Shown one piece after another: positions 47,152 through 53,856 of a DNA stretch of 53,856 nt. Position numbers and translations under genes: made by a program. Source of the DNA: Anaerolineales bacterium (GTDB lineage Bacteria > Chloroflexota > Anaerolineae > Anaerolineales > DRKV01); assembly GCA_020061145.1 (NCBI GenBank), contig JAGUYX010000160.1, positions 1 to 53,856 of the forward strand, written 5' to 3'. How positions within the stretch are numbered: the first letter of the stretch is position 1; the number at the start of each line of letters is the position of its first letter. The notes under the pieces were generated by a model, which saw only the letters and a list, made by a program, of their open reading frames with translations, did no database searches and was not told the DNA's origin.

Positions 47152-48774
47152 CTACTGGCGGAAAATCCGTACCCTGCGGAAAGGTTCTTTGCCGTAGGAA
47201 TGCGAAACCAGGTTAGCCTGGCGCGCCATCTGGTGTTGCAGCCGGCGCACGTAAGAAGAAGCTGGCGGCAACTCGATCCAATCTTCCCCATTTAATACAG
47301 CATCGATTGCCGATTGGGTGCTGCGAATCACTGAATCGGTATCCGATTCCTCAACGCCTTCGGTCGTCAGGTTGAACAGGTCGCTCAAAAACTGCGCCAT
47401 CTGGTTCACGGTATTGGAGCGCAACACATAAATCGGCATGCCGCGTTGCTCAGCGTCCATAACTGTACGCTGGCGTTTGCGATAATAGGTACGCAGAGTC
47501 ACCAGCGCATCCGCTTCTGCAATTTCGTTTACGATCACTGCCGGGACGCGCAAACGTTTGGCTGCCTGCGATAGCCGGTTGCGCGCCACGCCATAAGGAT
47601 AAATGCGGATCGGGTGCAACCCATTGGTGTCGCTGCCTCTCGATCGCACTTCCTCCGGCAGGAATTCCTGAGATACAGAGCGCGGCTCGCCGCGTGAGCC
47701 GGATGGGGTCGGTTCGCCCTCGCGCCGGCGACGCAAACCCTGCGAGCCTGGACGCCCCATCATCGGCGGCGGAGCTGGCTTTTCGATGATTACTTCTCCT
47801 TTTTCATTGCGGGAACGCAATTCCGGTGGTAATGGATAACCGCGCAGTAAGGAATCTACTGCCGCAGCGACGTCTGAATGGACAGCCAGGCGGTCGCGCG
47901 ACTGAATTTCGATCAACACATCGAAAGTCGGCGGGGAGCGGCGTTCCAGCACAGTTTTTTGGGTGCCACGCCGGCGAGCCTCTTCATCGGACAGGGTTAC
48001 CGATTCAATACCTCCTACCAGATCGGATAGTGTAGGGTTGAGCAGCAGGTTTTCCAGCGAGTTCCCGTGGGCGGTGCCGATTAACTGCACGCCTCGTTCG
48101 GCAATCGTGCGGGCTGCTGCGGCTTCCAGCTCGCGCCCGATTTCGTCGATCACAATCACCTGCGGATTATGATTCTCGACCGCTTCGATCATCACTTCAT
48201 GCTGCAAGGAAGGTGTGGCTACCTGCATCCGGCGGGCTTTGCCCACCGCGGGATGCGGCACATCCCCGTCTCCCCCGATTTCGTTGGACGTATCGACGAT
48301 CACCACGCGTTTATTCTCCGCCAGGATGCGGGCGGCTTCGCGCAACATGGTGGTCTTACCCACACCCGGACGACCGAGCAGCAAAACACTGTAACCGCTT
48401 TCGATCAAGTCCTGGATGATATCCAGCGTACCATAAACTGCGCGCCCCACCCGGCAGGTCAGGCCGACAATATGCCCGCGCCGGTTGCGAATGGCGGCAA
48501 TGCGGTGCAGGGTACGCTCCAGGCCGGCACGGTTATCGGCGTCGAAATCGCCCACCCGTTCCACCACATATTCGATCTGTTCATGATCCACTTCGACGTC
48601 ATTTAAGACCAGTTCTTCATCGTTGGTGAAACGCGCAGTCGGGACGCGCCCTAAATCCAGAATCACTTCCAATAAGTTGTCGCTGTTATTCGCCGCAGAT
48701 ACCGCCTTGGCGATTGCCTGCGGAAGGATGCCCAACAAAGCATCCAAGTCATCTGTTATCCGACGTTGTATCAT
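47152..48774 (-). CDS. AAA ATPase with C-terminal R3H domain (Ycf45/SpoIIIAA-like)
   Basis: 540 aa with Walker A GRPGVGKTT and Walker B VIVIDEIG. A basic linker leads to a C-terminal R3H-like nucleic-acid-binding module. Confidence 0.8.
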   Translation of the reverse strand: MIQRRITDDLDALLGILPQAIAKAVSAANNSDNLLEVILDLGRVPTARFTNDEELVLNDVEVDHEQIEYVVERVGDFDADNRAGLERTLHRIAAIRNRRGHIVGLTCRVGRAVYGTLDIIQDLIESGYSVLLLGRPGVGKTTMLREAARILAENKRVVIVDTSNEIGGDGDVPHPAVGKARRMQVATPSLQHEVMIEAVENHNPQVIVIDEIGRELEAAAARTIAERGVQLIGTAHGNSLENLLLNPTLSDLVGGIESVTLSDEEARRRGTQKTVLERRSPPTFDVLIEIQSRDRLAVHSDVAAAVDSLLRGYPLPPELRSRNEKGEVIIEKPAPPPMMGRPGSQGLRRRREGEPTPSGSRGEPRSVSQEFLPEEVRSRGSDTNGLHPIRIYPYGVARNRLSQAAKRLRVPAVIVNEIAEADALVTLRTYYRKRQRTVMDAEQRGMPIYVLRSNTVNQMAQFLSDLFNLTTEGVEESDTDSVIRSTQSAIDAVLNGEDWIELPPASSYVRRLQHQMARQANLVSHSYGKEPFRRVRIFRQ

Positions 48775-49712
48775 AAAACGTTTGTCTTCTCCAAATCACT
48801 AAAAGCAAATGTTTCGGTTTGTCCTTCTAACCCCGGAACAGCCAGAGTTTGTTCAACGGAGCGTTTAACGGCCAGATGCTTGACCAACAAGATTTGCCGT
48901 TCCAGCGGCAAGGCGTTTAAAAGTTCGAGCACATTTTCCATCCAGCTCTGGTAGGCGCTGATGCAGACATAAACCGGACGAGCATGCCGGGAAGGCAGCG
49001 TCAGCAACAGGTCAACCAGTTCCTGGGTGGCTGATTCGACATCCGGGTGGACAAACGGGCGCGCCCAGATGCCTCGAATGCCATAGCGCAGCTCAACATA
49101 AGCCTGCAACTCACCTTCACGGTAATACACCAGGCCACGCGGGCGGTCAAAAGAAACAGGGTCAACCTGCTGGACCAGACCCGGCACCAAATTGCCATAC
49201 AGTAAGCGAATGGCGAGCAAGTCGCGTTCTGTAGCTGAACGCCAGTTGCCCATCTGCGAGGTGCTCTGATTTTTCTCTGAAAGCAACCAGACACGCTGGC
49301 GCATATAAATCGCGAATCCGGAATATCGAAAGGCTTCCAACACATGGCTGCTTTCGTCCAGCTCCGCCAGGATACGCAAAACGCCGCGCCCGCCTGCCTG
49401 AGCAACCAGGTGATTCATCAACGGCGGCAAAGTCTCCACCGAAAGATGCGATTCTGGTGCTAAAAAGGAAACGTAAGCGTAAGGATCCCCTGCATGGTGG
49501 ATCACCTGCCCGATGATGGATTGGTCGGCTGGCGGTCCACTTTCAGCCACCGAGGTGATAATACCCATCGAGGGGACCACTGAAGCGAGCACTGCACCTA
49601 ACGTTTGCAACGGGCCGCGAGTCAACAGCAATGCCTTGTTCAGGTAGAGAGTCTCATCGCGGTACGTATGCAGTTTTGGCAGATCGCGCCAATCAAAGGG
49701 TCGAATATCCAC
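48771..49712 (-). CDS. Hypothetical protein, possibly tandem GNAT-fold
   Basis: 313 aa. Its stop overlaps the downstream ATPase start (ATGA). Weak motif-A-like AQAGGRGV. No confident family assignment. Confidence 0.45.
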   Translation of the reverse strand: MDIRPFDWRDLPKLHTYRDETLYLNKALLLTRGPLQTLGAVLASVVPSMGIITSVAESGPPADQSIIGQVIHHAGDPYAYVSFLAPESHLSVETLPPLMNHLVAQAGGRGVLRILAELDESSHVLEAFRYSGFAIYMRQRVWLLSEKNQSTSQMGNWRSATERDLLAIRLLYGNLVPGLVQQVDPVSFDRPRGLVYYREGELQAYVELRYGIRGIWARPFVHPDVESATQELVDLLLTLPSRHARPVYVCISAYQSWMENVLELLNALPLERQILLVKHLAVKRSVEQTLAVPGLEGQTETFAFSDLEKTNVL

Positions 49713-49717
49713 GCCGA

Positions 49718-50329
49718 TTAAGATTCCTCACACGCAACAATCGTCTCCTGCTTCCCGGCCAGCCTCAGGAAATATGCATGAAAACGATCGTCTTCCGTCA
49801 ATTCAGGGTGAAAGGAAGTCGCCAATAAATGTCCCTGGCGAGCAGCTACGATCCGGCCATCCTGCAAACGCGCCAGAACCTCCACCTGCGGACCCACTTC
49901 TTCAATCAGCGGGGCGCGAATAAAAACCGCATGGTAAAGACGGCTTTCACTACCCGGTGCGTTCAGGCGCGGAACATCCAGGTCTGCTTCAAAGCTATCC
50001 ACCTGGCGCCCAAAGGCATTCCGCTCGACCCGAATATCCATCAAACTCAACAGAGGCTGCGAACGGCGGGCATCCCGCGAAAGGAATATCGCACCGGCGC
50101 AGGTACCCCAAATTGCCTTCTCACGACCGAAGTCGCGCAGAGGTTCGATCAGGTTAAAATCAGTCGCCAGCTTGCCAATGGTGGTCGATTCCCCTCCGGG
50201 GATAATCAAACCATCCAGGTTCTGTAAATGTTCTGGCAGGCGTACCTCCTGCGTTTCTACGCCCAGACGGCGGAGCATACTTTCGTGTTCGATAAAATCG
50301 CCCTGTAAAGCGAGTACGCCAATTTTCAT
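49718..50329 (-). CDS. pdxT: Pyridoxal 5'-phosphate synthase glutaminase subunit PdxT
   Basis: 203 aa from ATG 50329, with [12 protein letters not shown], the catalytic Cys in WGTCAG, and FHPE. Confidence 0.93.
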   Translation of the reverse strand: MKIGVLALQGDFIEHESMLRRLGVETQEVRLPEHLQNLDGLIIPGGESTTIGKLATDFNLIEPLRDFGREKAIWGTCAGAIFLSRDARRSQPLLSLMDIRVERNAFGRQVDSFEADLDVPRLNAPGSESRLYHAVFIRAPLIEEVGPQVEVLARLQDGRIVAARQGHLLATSFHPELTEDDRFHAYFLRLAGKQETIVACEES

Positions 50330-50365
50330 ATATTCGATAAACCCTCGCGCCACATTACCTGATAA

Positions 50366-51253
50366 TTACCAGCCTCGACCGGCAAGCAACTCTCCTTCCG
50401 GGATCTCCGAAACCTGCCGGCCAACCATGGGCTCACCCAAATTACGGCTGATTTCCGCCAGGATGCCGGGATCGTTATAGTGAGTGGTGGCTTTGACGAT
50501 CGCCGCGGCGCGCTTCGCCGGATCTCCAGACTTGAAGATGCCCGAACCGACAAACACGCCATCCACGCCAAGCTGCATCATCAGGGCTGCATCTGCGGGT
50601 GTGGCAATCCCTCCTGCAGCGAAATTGACCACCGGCAAGCGGCCCAGTTCGCGCACTTCCAGCGCCAGCTCAAACGGCGCACCGATTTCTTTGGCAAAAG
50701 TCATCACCTCTTCAACCGGCATGTTCTGTAATCGACGAATGTCGCCGATTACGGAGCGAGCATGGCGCACTGCCTCAATGATGTCTCCTGTGCCGGCTTC
50801 GCCTTTGGTACGGATCATAGCGGCGCCTTCACCTATCCGCCGTAAAGCTTCGCCCAGATTGCGCGCCCCACACACAAATGGCACTTTGAAATCGTGTTTG
50901 TAGATATGGTGGGCCTCATCCGCCGGGGTGAGCACCTCGGATTCATCGATATAATCCACGCCCAGGGCTTCCAGGATCTGCGCTTCCACGAAATGACCGA
51001 TACGGCACTTGGCCATGACCGGGATACTGACCGCCTCCATAATCTGGATGATCAGTTCCGGGTCGCTCATGCGCGCCACCCCTCCATAGGCGCGAATGTC
51101 TGCCGGGACGCGCTCCAAAGCCATCACCGCAACCGCGCCGGCGTCTTCAGCAATGCGGGCGTGATCGGCGGTCACTACATCCATGATCACGCCGCCTTTG
51201 AGCATCTGCGCCAAGCCTTTTTTGACTTTAAAGGTACCTGTCTGAGTAGTCAT
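50366..51253 (-). CDS. pdxS: Pyridoxal 5'-phosphate synthase lyase subunit PdxS
   Basis: 295 aa with highly conserved PdxS sequence ([24 protein letters not shown]). RBS GGAGG. Confidence 0.96.
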   Translation of the reverse strand: MTTQTGTFKVKKGLAQMLKGGVIMDVVTADHARIAEDAGAVAVMALERVPADIRAYGGVARMSDPELIIQIMEAVSIPVMAKCRIGHFVEAQILEALGVDYIDESEVLTPADEAHHIYKHDFKVPFVCGARNLGEALRRIGEGAAMIRTKGEAGTGDIIEAVRHARSVIGDIRRLQNMPVEEVMTFAKEIGAPFELALEVRELGRLPVVNFAAGGIATPADAALMMQLGVDGVFVGSGIFKSGDPAKRAAAIVKATTHYNDPGILAEISRNLGEPMVGRQVSEIPEGELLAGRGW

Positions 51254-51580
51254 GCCTGAATCCTCCGCTGGCCAGCCATGCGCCAGACGAATATATATGA
51301 ATAAACTGCTTTATCTGGCAAATCGCCGATAATGTTCCGCCAGAATCAGGTCAGTGATCAGCGGTTTGCTTGCTTGCTCGGCCGTTTTGCGTTTCAGTTT
51401 GGGGTTAATATTCATACGGCCTATTACTTAGCATTCTACCACGCCGCCCGGAGGGTTGACAATTAACTCTGTGCGGATATAGGGCACAAACAGCACGAAT
51501 CCTCCCCAGAACCGCAGTCCATCTGAGCGGCCTGAAGCCAGGAATATTTATCTGCAGGAAAGCAAGGTAGTTGTGGATTC

Positions 51581-51618
51581 GGTGGGGTTCGGGTGTACTT
51601 CAGCACCCGAGCCCCACC
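51581..51618 (-). terminator. Strong hairpin just downstream of the GH13 gene (terminator-like, atypical)
   Basis: 15-bp stem GGTGGGGTTCGGGTG / CACCCGAGCCCCACC, with one G-T pair on the plus strand and an A-C mismatch on the minus-strand RNA. No trailing U-tract on the minus strand. Confidence 0.4.
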
Positions 51619-51636
51619 ACAAAAACACCGATCGGC

Positions 51637-53856
51637 TCAATTGCCGCAAGGCGGAACGTTGCGCCAGTTGAGCACGCTATCGTTTACGATTTGCACCCCG
51701 TCGCTACCATAACTAAGTGTAAGCAAGCGATTACTGAGCTCGTCGCAGGTTGCACCTTTTTCCACATAATCCCAGGAACCGAGTGTGTACTTATATTCGA
51801 TTTGGGTGCCCTCCAGCCCGGCCAGGGTTATTGTCCAATGCGTGGCATCCAGGCGAGTGAGTATGACCGCTCCCGGATCCCAATCAGGCAAACCCCCATC
51901 CAACCGGCTGAGCGTCCCGGCGATGAACACCGAACTGCCGGTTTCGTCTGTTGTGGCTGGCACGGTAACGTTGAAGGTCAGGGTAACGGTGCGACTTAAA
52001 ACGGTCGCCGACACCTCGGCTGAGTTCGCCGAGCGATTAAAGGACAGGTCCAACGAGCGAACCACGTAATAATAAGTTGCGCCTTCCACCACTGCCTCGT
52101 CCCGATACTCGTTATCAGTCAGGCGAGCAATCAAGGCGTACGGCCCACCGGAGGTTTCACTGCGCAGCACCTCGTAACCATACAGGCTGGCATCCCCCAG
52201 GATCTCATTCCAGCTCAGCTCAACGCCAGCCGGAGAGGCGGAAAGAACCTGCAAACCCGTGGGAACCGCGGGAGGCGTGGTATCTCCGGAAGAAACAACA
52301 TTCAGCTTACCAGGGTTAGCGGGCAGGCTGCCGGCGGGAATTGGCCCATTAAGATCGGCATACAGCCAATCGCGCCCGTTGGTGGTTGAGTAGCGGTAGA
52401 CATAGTCATAGGTTCCCAGCATTTCGGGCAATAAACTGGCGACAAACTCATCATTGTTGCCAACATCCACGTTGAAGCTGGCTTCTACCCAGTTCCACCC
52501 TGCGTCGCTTGCAGGCTGGCTACCTTCCGGCCCGAATCCGACAAATGCCAGCAACCCGGGGGTGACTCCCGGCTGGTTGGTGATGCCATCAATCCAGACC
52601 TGCCCATAAATGTTATCCGTGCGCTGAACCACGCTGATGGTGTGTGTAAGCGTTGGCGGCCACTGCAGATTTGCCCAACCGATCGTGAAGTGCGGCATGG
52701 CGCTGACTTCGTTCGAAAGCGCACTTTCATTTCCGGCGCTATCCAATGCAGTGACCACGTAGTAGTATGTCCGCGCGTTGCGTAATCCCGTATCCGTGAG
52801 GGCGCTGGCAGTTAATGGCTCGGAATTTACCCGTTCCCACCCTCCGCCGCTTAGTGGACTGCGGTAAACCTGGTAGCCTGCCGCACCCGGTACAGAAGCC
52901 CATGCCAGGCTGACCGTCCCATCTCCTTCATCAACGACCATCAGATTGGCAGGCGCAGGGGGTGGTTCCAAATCGATGTCGCCGCTGAGCAAAACAACTG
53001 CGCTCAAGCTGCCGAGAGAGCCGGAGATTTCCCCATTCATCACCGTCACAGTGGTTGGCCCGCCCTCGCCGACGGCATACGCATTGGTTAACACCACGCC
53101 ATCGGGCAGAAAACCTGCCACCGGGATCGCCCCGCTGACTTCCTGCTGGCCGCGGTTGATAATCACCACCGCCGCCTGGTTAGCCGTTTTACGCCCGTAA
53201 GCCACAACTCCAGAAGCATCGTCCGCCAGCAGGAAGTGTATGTCACCGGATACCAGTACATCATACTGGCGTCGCAAGCCGGCAAGCGATTGGTAATGCG
53301 CAAACAGCGCCGGGTCGATCTCGCCGCCCAAATCCTGCCAGGGATACGTGCGCCGGTCGTCCGGGTCGTCATCTCCCGTCATGCCCGCCTCATCGCCATA
53401 GAAAACAGTCGGTGCGCCAGGGACGGTGAACTGGATCAAAGAAGCCAGGCGCAGGCGCTGCTTACCCTCTGCCAGATTGGCGGGGTTTTCTTCTTTCTCG
53501 GCGGTGGTTTCATCGCCCGGAGTCAACGTCCACAGAATACGTTCCGTATCATGGCTATCCAGCAGGTTCATCAGGCTGTAATAGGCGGCATCGGGATAAT
53601 CTTCACGGATCGAAGCCAGGCGGGATACGAACTCCGACGGAGAGATACTCCTGCCGCTATCGGCGAAACCTTTCGAGTCAAACGGTTGGGGCGCCAGTAA
53701 TCCCAGAACAGCATCCCGCAGGCGGTAGTTCATGGTTGTGTCGGCGCGATCGCCCCGCATATAACGCAATAATGTGCTGTCTTTCTGCCACAATTCGCCG
53801 ACAATGACCGCCTCCTGAGCGGTGTCTTTGACAACCTGGCGGAAGGTTTCCCAATA
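51637..53856 (-). CDS. GH13 alpha-amylase-family enzyme with two FN3-like modules and a C-terminal starch-binding (CBM20-like) module; N-terminus outside the window
   Basis: The reading frame stays open to the window edge, so the track's M at 53793 is an internal Leu codon. GH13 regions are present: VIVGELW, NLLDSHDTER, FYGDEAGM. Two units of about 90 aa resemble FN3 (...YYYVV...). The C-terminal beta module has W/Y motifs. Confidence 0.8.
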   Translation of the reverse strand, partial: YWETFRQVVKDTAQEAVIVGELWQKDSTLLRYMRGDRADTTMNYRLRDAVLGLLAPQPFDSKGFADSGRSISPSEFVSRLASIREDYPDAAYYSLMNLLDSHDTERILWTLTPGDETTAEKEENPANLAEGKQRLRLASLIQFTVPGAPTVFYGDEAGMTGDDDPDDRRTYPWQDLGGEIDPALFAHYQSLAGLRRQYDVLVSGDIHFLLADDASGVVAYGRKTANQAAVVIINRGQQEVSGAIPVAGFLPDGVVLTNAYAVGEGGPTTVTVMNGEISGSLGSLSAVVLLSGDIDLEPPPAPANLMVVDEGDGTVSLAWASVPGAAGYQVYRSPLSGGGWERVNSEPLTASALTDTGLRNARTYYYVVTALDSAGNESALSNEVSAMPHFTIGWANLQWPPTLTHTISVVQRTDNIYGQVWIDGITNQPGVTPGLLAFVGFGPEGSQPASDAGWNWVEASFNVDVGNNDEFVASLLPEMLGTYDYVYRYSTTNGRDWLYADLNGPIPAGSLPANPGKLNVVSSGDTTPPAVPTGLQVLSASPAGVELSWNEILGDASLYGYEVLRSETSGGPYALIARLTDNEYRDEAVVEGATYYYVVRSLDLSFNRSANSAEVSATVLSRTVTLTFNVTVPATTDETGSSVFIAGTLSRLDGGLPDWDPGAVILTRLDATHWTITLAGLEGTQIEYKYTLGSWDYVEKGATCDELSNRLLTLSYGSDGVQIVNDSVLNWRNVPPCGN

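Noticed and set aside
51455-51485. Plus-strand TTGACA-17-ATAGGG promoter-like sequence
   Set aside because: The -10 is poor and there is no plus-strand gene downstream, since the next genes are all on the minus strand.

Overview
Gene-dense chromosomal segment, moderately GC-rich. Gene content and Pro/Thr-rich lipoprotein linkers suggest a Chloroflexota/Anaerolineae-like bacterium, but that is inference only because no database search was possible. I can support about 55 protein genes, 2 tRNAs (Tyr-GTA and Thr-TGT, co-oriented at the left edge), one T-box riboswitch, and several promoters and intrinsic terminators. Most genes are housekeeping: rlmB-cysS-PIN/TRAM operon, ugd, hutU, serS, lysS, greA, rnhA, gmk, tmk, pdxST. 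I found no rRNA, CRISPR array, transposase, integrase, prophage or recognisable defence/toxin module, so I cannot point to a clear novel multi-gene system. The strongest anomaly is in the serS T-box leader. A canonical antiterminator/terminator switch is split by a 133-nt highly structured insert bounded by a perfect 20-nt direct repeat that duplicates the shared switch strand. Other items worth a second look: (1) a secreted 14-repeat, probably double beta-propeller, protein of unrecognised family, divergent from a DUF697-like/zinc-ribbon membrane protein; (2) a peptidase-rich locus with a PT-rich anchor protein, three tandem M42 peptidases, a solute-binding lipoprotein, two tandem LysM-M23 peptidases that carry duplicated promoters, and a small Cys protein; (3) a functionally mixed six-gene minus-strand cluster (EthD, YbaK-like, M23, SDR, crotonase, AAC(3)-like); (4) a protein with an extreme Asp/Glu tail; (5) a pdxS-pdxT-(GNAT-like)-(R3H AAA ATPase)-tmk gene string. 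All product names come from motif recognition by eye. Several track ORF starts were trimmed where the upstream part overlaps a neighbouring gene or the riboswitch.
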